A DNA stretch of 51,725 bases, the filler included, from Jimgerdemannia flammicorona (taxonomy: Eukaryota), in NCBI GenBank assembly GCA_003990765.1. It is 2 parts of 2 records of this genome, joined end to end, with 100 filler letters (N's around TTAATTAATTAA, not from the genome) between each part and the next. Parts side by side here need not be neighbours in the genome. Positions count along the whole stretch, not along the records: positions 1 to 25,813 come from RBNJ01000788.1; 1 more part is not named here. One strand, 5' to 3'. Each line of letters opens with the position of its first letter. The stretch's first letter is position 1. This document shows, in pieces, positions 1 through 14,125 of the stretch. The notes below the pieces were generated by a model. It was not told where the DNA came from, made no database searches, and saw nothing but the letters and a program-made list of their open reading frames with translations. The translations under genes were made by a program, and so were the position numbers.

Positions 1-122
1 AAAAAAAAAAAAAAAAAAATCAGAAATCTCACAACAGGCTACGGTTGTATTGGCATTGGGTGAGATGCGCTTCCTTGGATATATGAGTCGGGAAAGTGAC
101 ATGGCTCAAAAACCACAGTGCA

Positions 123-3100
123 CAGCTTTACCTTCAGTCTTCGCTTTCTTCCGCTTCCATACCGCCTCGATGATCTCCAGGTGCACGATATGCTTCACAG
201 CAACATGACCAACAACGAAGAGGAGTTGGCTCAACTGAACGGAGCTGGCAGGGAGGACATCTTGATGTGCGGAAGGAATTTCCTCGTCGACTTGCATCTC
301 ATCTTTGAGGACAGCATCTTTCGTCTCGGGTGCCTTGTTGCCGAAGACCTGCATTGTTTTGGTTTTGATTATTTCCGCACAGAGGATGTCGGGATGTTCG
401 CCAAGGAGATAGATGGTATTGATAGCCTGCTCTGCGACGGCATACCTAGTAGGGTTTAACGATTCTACGAGTAAGAATCACAATCGCAAGGCTAACAATC
501 AAATATATTACATGTGAATCGTACCATTCTGTCGAAGTGCTTGGCCCATCCACAATATCCCTCAGTCTTTCGAAAATAGGAAGAGACATCGGAAGGCGAA
601 TACCTTCATCTAATGCTCTCCCTGAAAAATCGAATATACAGATAATAAACAAGGCAGCCCAGTGTTCAGTGTATAATAAATGATGAAAGCAAACCACATA
701 CCCTTCTCTTTAGTCTTGTTCCCACCCAGACGCTGCAGCGCCATACATGTGTACTTGGCCAATGACAAATCCGCCTGCGCAAATCCAACCGAAAACGTAT
801 TAATTTCTAGAATCAAGTAAGAGTCCCTAAACCCCGAGAAAGAGGACGCAATAATCATCATAGTCACCTTTCCCAGTGATCCCAACCCTATCTTCAACAA
901 TGTGTCGGTTTTCTCGGACACAATCTCCATTCTCGCCTTAGCCAGCATACCCAAGATGATGATCGCGCCGCGGCGCTGTGCCTTTGGGATCTCTCTTTTT
1001 GTGACGCCTGCAAACGCATTGATTGTCATCTGATGAGCTCCAAGATTTTCATGCTAGCTAAAGAAAGAGGAATATATAAGCTCGGGGCTATCCTACCATA
1101 CACAGCCCATAGCTTATCGATGACATCGTCCTCGATGTGGCCTTCGGTCATGAGTGTACTTAGTACTTGTTCGAGCGATGTCAGCTCGGCCAGGGTCGTA
1201 TTGAACGTCAACCTGCATGGGAAAGAAATACAACAGAGGTTGGTGGACGACGATCATTGCATGGTTGCCAGCGCGAAAGAAAATAAGTCAGGCGCGCGCA
1301 CGCACGTACTGGATCAAATTTCGCGCGATCTTGTTCACGTTTTCCTTAGGAGACAGGTTGCCGTCCAACTCCAAATATAACGTCCGGTAGCAATCGAGAA
1401 GCTTTGTTTTTACTCCCTTGCCCTCATCGCTGTTATCCTTGGTCCAGATAAGGTGCAACATCTTCTTGATGCCATCCTATATCATTCAGCAAGAAATGAT
1501 TGCAACGTAAGTGTCATTTTCGGCAAATAGAGAAACTAGGATCAAAAAATGACAACATACATACCGACGCAGCATCGATCCTGTAATTATTAGCCATGAC
1601 CAGAAAATCCATTGCTTCCAGTACTTCGGCCTTGGTTTTGGACGCGAGCAGCAAAACAATAATAGGGGTAGCGGCATGGATCTGCATGATAAACGTGATA
1701 GCGTCTGTGCAAAACCGCTTGGTCAGATCCAGCTGTACATATTTTTCAGGGGAGGCCAGCCCGATCATCTGCTCGTCCGTCAGCATCGCATCGTCATCGC
1801 TGCTGGGTGCCACAGCATCCTTTCCGTGTTCTTCCGCCGCATCAGCATCTTCCATTTCTTCATCAGAATCTTGCTCTCCCACCGACCGTTCTTCATTCTC
1901 ATCTCCTTCGTCGTCATTCGCCTTTTTCTTTCCATTGGCATTTGGCCGTTTTCCCGTTGCCTCTGGTTCCCGCGGAACTTCTTGCAATTCTTCGGGAGGT
2001 TTCAGAGCCTGTAATAGCAGAAAATCACATTTCTCAATGAATTGATCAACGATGAAAAGATTTAACTGAGAGGCCATTTTCTAGCACGGATGTCATTCTG
2101 TCCGGAGATCAGATAAAACTTACCGCCATCTTCTCCATGATCTCGTCGCGCCTATTCTCCCATTGCTCGAGGATCAGTTCGCCACCATACATGCTATATG
2201 GGTGCGTTGCGATCAATCGCGTGAGAACCTTAATTGCGTTCTTCCGTACATGACTGCTCTTGTCTTCAAGGTGGCGGATGGCAAGATCGCATAGCGTTTG
2301 GCGACGCTTGGGGAACTTGGCACGCAAACTATTGGATATAGCGGTCGTGTGTGATGAGTGATGTCCTGTAGACTGCATCTTTGCGGCGCATGGTTATTCA
2401 ACAGGGATATGAGAAGAAATACCCACTCTAACAACTTTAAGTACACTTGGAGCAGCTTTGAACGGCAAAAGGCAGTGTTGTCCAGGAACCGCTCCTCAAG
2501 GATATCGAAAAAGTTGTTGATCTGGTCTTTCTGGTTGAGGCTCTGCAACTCCATGTTGGCAAGTTCGGTGATGAGGTTGCCAAGAATTTCGATAATTGCC
2601 ATGCGCATCATGTACGACTGTTTCAAGGATATGTCAGCGAGGTTCGCGCTAAACACCATTTCAACTATCAAACATAATAAATCAACGAACATAATACACA
2701 CCTCGCTATCCAATTGACGAATCAAGATCTGCATATTCTTGAGCACCGACCTAGGTAATAACTCGGACAACCTGGTGAGGAACGCAGCAAACGTCTTCGG
2801 GTTAGGCGTGTCCTTGACCTCCTTGGTAGTGGTGTCCTTGAACTCCTTGTTCCCAATCTCGCGCAAAATCTCGTCGGTCAGTTGTGTGTAGTCGTGCTGC
2901 TCCGCAAGCGAAAAAAGGAACTCGGCCATCATGTCGGCCGAGTGCTCCCAATATTGTAGGTCTTGTATGATGGTCGTTTGTGCGGCTAGGTGGGTGACGC
3001 GGAAATACGTCAAAACTTTCGCTGCGCAGACGGAAAAGAGGCAGTCATCCTTTCAGAAATATCTTACCAAAGGATTGATTGAAATTTTTGATACAGATCC

Positions 3101-4282
3101 CAAGTATCTTGAACACACTCATTTTTATAGCAGCCGCTTTGGTATTGTCCTTATTTTCAAATATCTGGAATGCCGGTTTTGTGAACAGGCTACCGAGCAG
3201 TATAGATATGATGATATTTAGGCCAATGCATTATTGATGCCAAACTGCTTCATCGCAGGCGCAACCCCAAAACTGTTTCTCCTACCTGATGAACACATCT
3301 CTCTCCGGTGTCAACGTCCAAATTTTGTTGATCCTTAGATCCAGCACGCGCGCCATGAGGTCGAATGCCTTCAACTTCTGTTTGGTCCATTCCCAGCTCG
3401 GACCAGTTTCGTCCTCTTCCCTCCCCTTACCTGCGCGTCCTCTCTGAATGATCGGGATAGATGGAAGCGGCCAAAATATCAGGTACCGAGATATTAAAAT
3501 GGTTAAATCAAACCACGTAGAGAACGTCGACAGGTCCAATCGCGCAAGCTCGATTGAAAAGCGAACCTTGGGCTTCGCGGCAGCAATTGCTTTTTCCGCG
3601 ACGACCTTCGATGTGGATTTCTCCTCGGCAATGTTGACGAACCACTGTAGGACGAAGCCGTACATCTCCAGCGCAAGGCGATGCTGCGGAAAACTATCAG
3701 TTTCGTCGCCGTCGATGTCATCTGATGTCGCTTTTAATTCAGCTTGAAAACCTGACGAAACCAATAAAAATAAACGACGTTTGAGTTTGACTTTGTTTGG
3801 CTACAACAGGCCAAGCCAGTAGCAGTGGGCTTGTAACAGCTGAACGTGTATACCTGAGAGTATAATGTCAAATAATCGCGCAACAATGTGCGTTTTCAGG
3901 TGATGGAAGCTCCTAAATATAAAAGAAAAGGAAGAGTCAGGGACATTCTCATTACAGCGTGAATCAGGGTGAGAGAGTCAAGCTGCCTACTTGATGAAAC
4001 TTCGAATCTTGTCAAAGACAATTTCATCTGTGATGTTCTCCGGCGAATCTTCTACCTTGTCAACAATGTCTGGAAAAAAAGGAAAAAAAAAAAAAAATCG
4101 CATCGGTTATTATCTAATAGTTGGGGAAGCACGTTTTATGAAGAGTTGTACCAACCAATGAGGTATCGTTCGAGTTCTTTATCGTTAGCGCCTTCGATAG
4201 TGACGGAGTTTGGAATGAAGTAATCCTTCGGGTCTTCTTGGAGCTTTATCAGCTCGTCGTGAAGGCGGAAGGCGTCGGCCAT
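123..4282 (-). CDS. YCS4: Condensin complex subunit 1 (Cnd1/Ycs4/NCAPD2), multi-exon, 3' part runs off the window start
   Basis: ATG at 4282 (MADAFRLHDELIKLQED). Spliced exons give HEAT-type motifs AAQTTIIQDLQYWEH, LEDKSSHVRKNAIKVL, LLASKTKAEVLEAMDF, GIKKMLHLIW, LAELTSLEQVL, LSQLLFVVGHVAVKHIVHLE. GT-AG introns. Confidence 0.93.
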
Positions 4283-4456
4283 TGTTCCGGGTGTGTGTGT
4301 AGAACTGGTTGGCTATGTATATCGTCCCGCGAAATCGACGCGTTTTTGGGACGGGGGGGGCACGACGTCATCAAACAATATCCAATTATAAGCCACAAAA
4401 TGCGCTCACATACACGCACATCTTTGCATACACCTTCTTTATATTTGTATACCATC
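4283..4456. promoter_or_regulatory. Short divergent promoter with MCB/SCB-like elements
   Basis: 174 bp between the condensin and cupin ATGs, containing CGCGAAA and ACGCGT (~4328-4343). Another ACGCGT lies at ~4939 upstream of the KNL2-like gene. Confidence 0.45.
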
Positions 4457-4878
4457 ATGAAGGTCACTTTGCTCTCCGCCCTCCCTGTCGCAACGGTTTC
4501 TCACGACCCCATCGAGAAACGTGTGATTCTAAAGAATGGCGACGTTCCTCACATCACACAAGTAAAAATCCCGCCACTCTTCTGCTTTGTTGAGGCGTCA
4601 TTCTATGCAGTCCTCAACCCTGTCTGATGCAATGCAATCCATCACCATCACAGCTCGCGTGCGCCACCATCAAGCCGGGACAAATCTCATCAAAGCATTC
4701 CCACGTTGATATGACGGAGACTTTCTGCTTCCAAAGTGGGATTGGCGAGATGGAGGTGGATGGGAAGGTTTTTGAAATATGCTCAGGAACAAATGTCACG
4801 GTGTACCCGGGAGAGGCGCACGAAATCCGGAACACGGGGACGGAGGATGTTGTTGTGCTATACTTTGGGGTTGTGTAG
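4457..4878 (+). CDS. Small cupin_2-domain protein (2 exons)
   Basis: MKVTLLSALPVATVSHDPIEKRVILKNGDVPHITQ, intron ~4562-4653, then LACATIKPGQISSKHSHVDMTETF...VYPGEAHEIRNTG...YFGVV*. Cupin motif 1 (HxHxxxxE) and motif 2 (PGxxHxxxN) are present. Confidence 0.85.
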
Positions 4879-5007
4879 TGTGATTAGTATGATTTTACGT
4901 CATCACTTCTTTGCGGTTAAACAATGCAGTCCAATTTGACGCGTCGTTCTATATAGCAAAGCCTTCGTCCTCTCCCATCGTTTTCACCACCATCCGTGTG
5001 CAGAGCT

Positions 5008-5660
5008 ATGGACGGCAACCAACAAACATACCCAATATTAAATATACCCAATCAAGCTGTCCTACGTTCTCCCATCTCGAGACACGCGTTGCTACCAACA
5101 ACTGCGCGATCGGCATTCTCCACCCCCAGAGCAAGCCACACATCGGCCTTTAACACCCGTAACACCATTACCAACAACACTGCCTCGCATCACGACCACT
5201 CCGAGCCTCTTCAACAACCCTTCCCATCCTCCGTCACAGGATCGCCGACAGTCAGACCGGCACCTGTCCTCCCTGATACCGTCAGCCCGTCATCATTCTT
5301 CGCCAAAAGCCCTGAGCCCCTGCACAGGCCTAGCGAGTTTATTACCCCCGATAACACCCCAACGCGAGGACCGCACCATGGATCCGCACAACAGTCGAGC
5401 TGGAGCCCTGTGCAATCGCCATTTGGGTTGAACGGTGTTGCACCATTGTCAACGCAGATCCCAGTCTTTTTGACTACTACTACTACTACTACTACTACAC
5501 GATCGCATTCTGCCGGAGAAGAACAGGACGCGCTCAGATCTGATATTGCTGCAAGAGAAAGGTTTGAAATATTGAGTATGAGAAGCCCAATGCCCAAGGT
5601 GATGATAATACTCAAGCCCAAGCATCCCCATATACACAAGTTTTTTTTCTTCGTTAACCC

Positions 5661-5703
<43 letters not shown>

Positions 5704-8700
5704 CTCGTTGCCTCATTAGATTGTCGACCAAGTACGTCACAACATCGCACCACAATCTACTTTTAAGGTGCCATCATCCCCACAACACATGAATGGCTCC
5801 GCGCATCGCGCGAACATTTTCTCCAAAGTCTCCTCTCCTGCACCGTCGACCACGTACTCTACGCTCTCGCCTTCGGCAGTATACAGAGTTCCAAAACAAC
5901 CCAGCATGCGGGAGCTCGATTTTATTATGGCGGCCAGTCGGAATACATCAACAACGTCTTCCGCACATACCCCGTCATATTTTGGGAAAGCACCCGGTTC
6001 GGAGAACGAGTACGGCATGCAGAGATTGATCAACGGCCACCCCTTGATTGATAATTCGCAGCTTCCATACGCGGAAGGGGCAGACGGTCGAGGAAACGTT
6101 TCCTCGTCATACGAGTTGCCCTCTCAGTCTGTCTCCACCTCCGGCCCCGTCCCTGACGTGATAAAATCCAATTCGATGGTTAGGTCGATAGTATCTACGA
6201 TCAAGAACTCTAACGCTGCCGACGCAACTGGCATGGACATGAGCGATTCAACGACCTCGCTGACACCAAGTTTCGTCAGCACAAACGACACATACGATAA
6301 CGAGATGACAGTCACACCAACATACCAGGGACTTGGGCAAATGAACTCTGCTGATATTTTGACTGCTCAATCGCGTCTGCTATCTCCCTTCGATCTACCG
6401 CCCTCGCGCTTGGCCCATATTATTCAGGGTTTGAATTATGACGCTCAACCTTCTGACGACGAGCACGCCAATAATAACGAGTTCGATGAGTACGTGTACC
6501 TCTCGCCGAATGGTGGAGCCGAGGATGCGTTTTATTCGCCCACGCGCAAGTTCGCAGAATTGCAACGTGGGGCCTCGCCGGAGCCAATGGGTTTAAGCAA
6601 CGGTGTTGCCAAAGACGACGTTGTCGTTCGCGAGGAGCATCCTATAGACGCTGCCATAGACGTGCCGGCATTAGTCAAGGACACATCGGTCGCGTCGACG
6701 GCCTCTTCCATGCCTACATCGAGTCCGCAAGCATGTGTGATGGAGACAAATGCGATGCCTGTAGCCAAAAAGCCAGATAAAATGGAGTCGAAGGGGTTGG
6801 AGGATGAGGCGACGCATCTTCTGCAATGGAAATTGGGAGCGGCCAATAGGAGCGAGGTACACGTTTTGCTATTCGCATCAATTTTGTGGCTTTGAAAGTA
6901 GTTGTGGTATAGTTTGCTTATTGAAACTTTCTTGTATTTTTTGCTTGTTTATGGCAGGAGCCCGTTATTTTTGTGTCCGGATTGCATTCAGAGTCGAAAA
7001 AGGTATGTGCGAAAGTTATGGAGCAATTGTGGATGGAATCGACATTTTAGTTATTTTATTTTGGGGGGAGTTATGAAATGATGGACATTGGCTTTGATTT
7101 ATTTTCAGCTATGGAAGACAAATGAAATTGTCGAACGCATTGATGCACGGACACTCAAATCGTGTACAGGAAAAATCTATCATATTGATGGAGACCCAGA
7201 TACTCAGGAAATGCTGTCACGAGGTGATTGTTAATCCTTTAAGGTTTTTCTTTGCATCTCTATTAAACATATATCTTTTTCTGATCTTTCTGCTCCGAAC
7301 TGAACATTGTAGGAATCTCATATACTCTTTGTGAGGCCTTTAACAATGGTTTCCCTGAAAACTGGAAGCAACTCGTGTGGGACGACCTTGAGAATATTGG
7401 TCACTCGTCAACGATCTCACTGTCTACGAAAACTTCACCCCGTACGGAGAAGCTACATTCCGGTTCGTGGGATGCAAACACGAAAAACGTTCGTGTCACC
7501 AGGACATTTACACCGACAAAGACACCAAAGCATTCGAAGCTTGTACAAGAGCCTGTGACACCCCCACTCGCGAATAGGACGAGAAGTTCTGTTGCGGGGA
7601 AATCACCAATGTCATCGGCCGTCAAGGAAGTCGCGGTGACGGATAAGGATGCCGTTGATGCGACGGCGCACAAAACGCTCGACTCAGCCCGGAGGACGAG
7701 GGGACGACCACGACGACGCAAAATAATCAGGGATTCCAGTGATGATGACACCAGCGAAAACGGTGGAAAGCCGACTGAGGACGTGGGCCGTAGGGCCGAT
7801 GACAAGGCCGAACATGCACCATCCAAGGAGACGGCGCGAGGGCGCGTGCCATGGTCATTGGTGAAGTCGAGGTTACGAGATGTGGTGATCGAAATTCCTC
7901 CATTCACAAAGGTGCCTAGGAACGTGAATGAAATCCATGCTCGTAAAGAGGTACTTGTTACCTCGAGGCTTGAGGCGGGTCTTAAGGACGAAATCGGGCA
8001 TCCAAACACTAATGAATCAGAGACTGGAAGGGATGTGAAAAATGAGATACTGGTGAACGATGAACTGAACAAAGACTCAAGCGAGAGCGAGAGCATGTCA
8101 GCGGAGGAACAGAGGACAGTAACTGAGATTGCACAAAATGACACGATCGTCGATGATGTCAAAGTCACTGGAGAGTTAGCAGATAGCATACTAGAAGATA
8201 GAGCAACCAAGAACATTGGTAACGTCAAAGACGATACCACGGTGGTTGATGTCAAAGTCACTGGAGAGTCAACAGATACCATATCAGAAGATAGGGCAAC
8301 CAAGAACATTGATAACGTCAAAAACGATACGGTGGGTGATGCCGAAGCTCGCGTAGACTACGTGCCGAAAGATCGCACGGCCAATGACGTGGGAACTATC
8401 AAACTTAATGCAAAGCAAGAAAGCTCGGAAGGTGAATATGCCCTCGACAATAGCACCGGAGTTTCATCGGTCACTAAACATGGATGCAGTGCAGCGAAAC
8501 ATGCAACCTTTCTGAATTCGTCGAAAAAGCGAATTGATCCACGCCATAGCGCAGGTGCGAGCGAAGATCGAGCTGACGACGCAGATATCGAAGAAGAGCC
8601 ATTATCGAGCAGGAAGAGGAAGACACGAAGATACACCATTGACAAGGATGCGGAACAACCAAAAAAGAAGAGGACGTCTGTTAAGGTATATATTCTGTAT

Positions 8701-9800
8701 CCAGGGGGTGATACTTGGATGAATTGTTTTGTAAGCGTGTTTAAACTAAAAAGTATACGCGTTCTTTTCGACAGGTTGAAGCTTCGCTTTTGCCGTCACT
8801 AGGTGCATTGTCAACTGCGACGCGATCTGGCAGGAATGTGAAACCGCCTGCAGCGTGGTGGGAAGTGAAGTTGGAAGTGAAGGATGAAACCAAGCAGAAG
8901 GGCAAGTCTGTGGAGGAAAATGATGAGGTCAAGCAAAGAATGATAGTCGTGAAAGAAAAGAGAGAACGGCCCCGCAAAGAGAAGTCGAACAATATGACAG
9001 TAGCGTCGCCCGAATCGTCGTCGAAGCACCAGTATACTGCTTCCAGTACAGCGCGGCCGTTACCGTTCCAGGCGAATCAAGCTGGCAAAGACGACAATGT
9101 GTTGATTGCAGACCGATTCTTGCCTCCGGCAAAAGAGGTGCAGAGGACAAAGGTACTTGAGAAGAGCGATAGCGAGGTTAAATCACGTACAACACAAGTC
9201 GCCAGAGCAACGAAAGCGGCGAGAGTGAACAGCACGTCCCCTGCGAAGAGCGAGAGCGGAAGTAAGTCATTTATTGATTGAAGGGCGCATGGTGGTGCAC
9301 ATTTGATTTGACTCGCTTTGAAAATGATGTCGTGTATGTTCGCTTCTAACATTGATTCACACCATACATATAGAATCTACCAAGCGCAAACCAAGAAAAC
9401 TTCCTTTCCTCAAGGAAGGACGTCGGCGTAGAGGTGGGAGTGGTAAGCAGACACTGAAAGTGTGTGAAAGCGAGGAGGAAAGCAGGGAGCCCAGTGTACC
9501 GACCGACATTGGCGAAATAGGCCATCATCTCGTGCAAAATGAAGTAACGGCTGGAGAAGATGGGAATTCGAATGCTGCAGATCAGGAATGTGAGGCTGAA
9601 GATTGGGACTTAGAGAATACGTACGGTGATGCTAATCTGGAGAAATTAGGTTCTACGCAAAACACCTTGGTCGGCTCATCCTCAAGAGGTATGTCTCTTT
9701 CCGTCTAGGTATATTCATTCGTAAAAAGATCGAAAAAGAGATGGTCCAAACCATTTCTCATTTGGGGTATAAAGATATATATTACATCGCCCACCGTGCA

Positions 9801-9863
<63 letters not shown>

Positions 9864-10200
9864 ACGCGTGCCATTTGTTTATGTATCATCAAGAAATTGT
9901 AGAACCCGAATCGTATGATCCGTACAACGTCGACACATGGGTTAAAACCCCAACAAAAAAGAAGTCTAGGGTATGTTTTGAGAACTACTTTTCAATCGAG
10001 TCCTGCGACTTTGATCTGAGAGCACAAAGGACTCACTCGTATTGTGCCTTACCTAGTCTAATGTGACACCGACGAGAATCAAGCGTGACAAAATTTCAAG
10101 TGTGGAAATGAAATCCAAGGCGTCAACGTCATACTCGCTTAAACGGGCAAGGGGTGGAGAAGATGAACTTAGTACCGACCAGTACGTGTTCTCGGATTGA
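5008..10200 (+). CDS. KNL2: KNL2/M18BP1-like centromere licensing factor (SANTA domain + CENPC-k motif), multi-exon
   Basis: Exons across ~6800-7385 splice to LLQWKL..IFVSG..LWKTNEIVERIDARTLKSCTGKIYHIDG..CEAFNNGFPENWKQLV (SANTA signature). RSGRNVKPPAAWW at 8823-8861 matches CENPC-k. The rest is low-complexity. Probable stop TGA at 10198-10200; exon structure partly uncertain. Confidence 0.78.
8137..8330 (+). repeat. In-frame 93-bp (31-aa) tandem duplication in the KNL2-like CDS
   Basis: NDTIVDDVKVTGELADSILEDRATKNIGNVK followed by DDTTVVDVKVTGESTDTISEDRATKNIDNVK. Confidence 0.85.
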
Positions 10201-10372
10201 ACATAATGTGTAGTTTCAAGTGTTGTAATAATGTGTGTTTTTGTTTGGTGGGTTACTACATATATATTACATATAATGACTGACTGAGCCACCCAAAAAT
10301 TATTAATATGGAAATAATTCATCTGTGACGGATATATTCGGGGTCTGTTGGCTTGCACCATAAACATTTGTC

Positions 10373-13300
10373 ATGTTCTCAACCACACTTCGAACAACAC
10401 TCCGAGACCTATCCATATCGTCTCTACCTCGTCGACAGTACGCGCGTGATTCTTGTACACGGCCCGCTATAGCCTTCTGCCGAACGGTGAAGAACACCGT
10501 AGGTCAATACCGCTCTCTACACGCGACGTGCTATATGCGCTTCAGACCCTTGCCACAGGATGCCCGTTCCGTCGGACCCGGCAGCAAAAACACTTCATCG
10601 CTCTCGGGCCTCGGTGCACCTGTTGTTGAGAAAGAATACAGCGCACGCAAATTCAGAGAGCCGGCCGTAGCGTTACTCAGGAAGGTTGATTCGCAGGCGA
10701 AAAAGTGGCACTCGAGCAATGCTGGCCGGTTTCGAGAGAAGCCTGTTGATGATTTGACAAATACAAAATGGGCGCGACCGACCGAGCGGCGGGCTAACCA
10801 GGCGGAGAATTCACGTCGTGGTAGAGATCGGCCACCCAACGATCGCGGATTCAGTAAGTTTCAGGAGGCTGTTCCCATCCAGGCACCGAAGCCAATTAAG
10901 AAGCCACCTGTAGTTGCGAAAGTTCAGCGAGACGTGTTCATCCCAGAAGTGGTGAATGTGACCAATCTAACCAAGATTTTGGGTGTTCGGTTAGGTAGGT
11001 TTCGGAAATCTGTGATATGTGCATGTGCATTTGGGTTTGTTGTTCGGTATCCAATTCTTAAATGACTATGATGCTTGACACATTCTTCCGTCTGCACATG
11101 CAATAGAAATGCTGGTCCGGACAATGCATAGATTGGGCATGGAAAATGCGACACATGACCATCGTGAGTAGCCGTCCCTTGTGTCTTCTCTATCTTTCGT
11201 AACACCTGTTTAGTTTACGTCATCCTTTTGCTGATGCCATGTCTCATTGTTGTCTGTGATTGCAGTGCTTAATTCGGACGAAGCTAGCTTAATAGCCATG
11301 GAGTTGGACTTGAATCCAATTGTTGATTCGGAGGCTGCTATCGATTTGTATCCACGGTATGTACGACTAGATTTCTGGTATTCGTATTACCATCATTGGT
11401 GGCTCGGTTCTCTGGTACGTGTCGCATTCCTATACCTACACGAGTCGGAATTTAATTAAATCCACGCTGCGCAGAATTCTTCCTGCAGATATGTCCTCCT
11501 TTCCCCTTCGACCGCCAGTCGTCACCATCATGGGTCATGTCGATCACGGAAAGACGACATTGCTGGATACATTGCGGAAGACGGCGGTGGCGGCGGGAGA
11601 GGCCGGTGGGATCACACAACATATCGGCGCGTTCTCGGGTGAGTTTACATCTTGGAAATATGTTATCGGGATATAATTTGACCCCTAATGTCGTAGTCCT
11701 CGTCTATTGATTATGGCAATATCGGAAGATTGTATAATCACTCTCAGAATTCAACAACTCCAATTTCTTATCATGTCCACCCCCTTAGTCGACCTCCCCT
11801 CTGGCAAACGCATCACCTTCCTTGATACTCCAGGTCACGCCGCCTTCTCTGCCATGCGCTCCCGCGGCGCCAATGTTACTGATATCGTCGTCCTCGTCGT
11901 TGCAGCCGACGACGGCGTGATGCCTCAAACGATTGAAGCGATTAAGCACGCCCAAGCCGCCAACGTGCCTATCGTCGTGGCCATCAACAAGTGCGACAAG
12001 CACGACGCCGACCCACGCAAAGCCAAGGAAGGCCTGTTGCAGCACGGCATTCAGCTCGAAGAGTTTGGCGGCGAGACCCCGGCGGTGGAGGTGTCGGGTA
12101 TAACCGGCCTTGGCCTACCAGAACTGGAAGAAACGGTGGTGACGCTGGCGGAGGTTTTGGAACTGAGAGCGGATAAGGGGGGTGCCGCGGAAGGAGTGGT
12201 AATCGAGTCACAGGTGGAGAAGGGAAGGGGTACTATGGCGACAGTGTTGGTCAAACAGGGTACGTTGACGGTTGGGAGCTATATTGTTGCAGGAACTACA
12301 TGGTGTAAGATCAGATCGATGACCGATGATAAGGGGCGACCGGTGAAGGAAGCAGGGCCGGGGGCACCGGTCAAGGTGATAGGATGGAAGGAGATGCCGA
12401 ATGCGGGGGATGAGATATTGCAAGCCGAGGACGAGGTGCGCGATTTCTTTGTTCCCGCTCATGTTTTCATGGTACATCAAAAGAAATGTTGGCTGTTTTA
12501 CAAGATTGCTTTTTCTTGCATATAGGCACTCGCCAAAACGGTCGTGGAAAACCGCATAACCAAACAACAACGAGAAACGCAACTCAGAGATTTGGAGGTA
12601 ATTAATGACAAGCGTCGCAAAGATAAGGAGGCGGGCACAATGGAACGGGCGGTCGAAAAAGCCCAGAGGAAGGAACTCTGGATGTTTCATCATGGTATGA
12701 TAAAGGACTTGCCAGATGCGGCAAATATCATAAATGAAGATGATGAGGGGGACACGAAGAAAGCGAAAGTGGAAGTGAAGGAGTTCAGGGCAGTTGTGAA
12801 GGGTAAGAATTTGACTTTGTATATTTTAAGCTCACCATTCTGAACATCGCCACATGCTCACATCATGGCGGTAACTTGTATTCGAATCTGTAGGGGACGT
12901 TAGCGGCACTGTGGGGACCGTCGTTGATTGTTTGAACGGCCTGTGCACTCCAGAGATAAAGGTGAAGGTCGTAGGCTCTGGTGTTGGCAACATTACAGAC
13001 GGGGATGTACAACTGGCAGCAGCTTGTGAAGGTAGTGAATTTATAAGTGCTCAGTTTTCGTGCCTGTTTGCTATTTTGGATAGGCAACATAAATCAACAC
13101 TCTTCCTCCATGTTTCACTCTCTTCTCGCGGGTCCCAGCCAGCATTATAGGCTTCAACGTGAAAACTGATAGAAAGATTCAACATGACGCGTCAGTGGCC
13201 AGGGTGCCCATCAAATCCTATGACGTCATCTATAAGTTACTGGACGACATCAAACTGACGCTCGGTGAGATGCTGCCACCGATTGTAACGACACAGGTTA

Positions 13301-13691
13301 ACGGCGAAGCAACAGTGTTACAAATCTTCCAGATCAATACGCAAGGCCGTGAGACTAAGGCGGTTGCCGGCTGCAGGGTTACGAACGGGAGTATGACCAA
13401 GATTGGGAGGGTCAGAATCATTAGAGATCACAAGCAGATATGGGAAGGTGAGGCGTGCTGCTTTAGTTTTGATGAGAGGTTTTTTTTTTTTGGACAACAG
13501 AACTGACCACATGGCATGATCCTCCATATGCAGGCGAACTTGAGACTCTAAGGCAAGTCAAAAAGGATATCATGGAAGCCAAAAAGGGTCTGGAGTGTGG
13601 CATGTCGTTTAACGATTTCTATGATTTCAAAGAGGGTGATGTGATACAAAGTGTGGTGACCGTCACCACACCGAGGTCGTATAATACCTAG
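10373..13691 (+). CDS. IFM1: Mitochondrial translation initiation factor IF-2, multi-exon
   Basis: Arg/Ser/Thr-rich N-terminal presequence. Motifs [71 protein letters not shown]. Stop TAG 13689-13691. Confidence 0.96.
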
Positions 13692-14125
13692 ATTAATTCA
13701 AAGTGTCGGATATATTTTGCACGACGTTGAATACAAAAGATATAGAAGGGCATTAAATTTGTTGTAGTTTGATCGCTTATATGGGTTGATGTTTTGAAAG
13801 TAGAACATGTAATTATGTAGGATAAACGTCATGCCTATCTAGGGGTGAGAGGGCTGGGCTCCTGGCAATGTTTGCGAATGAGATTGGGCTGGGCACGGAC
13901 GCCCACATGAGGTGGACGGTGTAATTTGCCCAATGCAGCAATTCGTGCCTTGGCTCTTCCATCATCCCGACCAACCGCAGCATGCCATTGGCCACAAGCC
14001 ATACGTGACGTGCAAGTAAGACCGCTTCAAGACCAAGAACCCCTCGCGTTTGTTTACTGCTGCAACCAACACCCCAACCCTCGACATTCACCCCTACTCT
14101 CTCGCCATCAACCCCCGTTCCAACA

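Noticed and set aside
7401..8321. 306-aa minus-strand ORF
   Set aside because: Antisense shadow of the large KNL2 exon.
9806..9862. Long poly-T runs (also ~5663-5703, ~39963-40006)
   Set aside because: Intronic or intergenic homopolymers with no evident TSD or retrocopy body.
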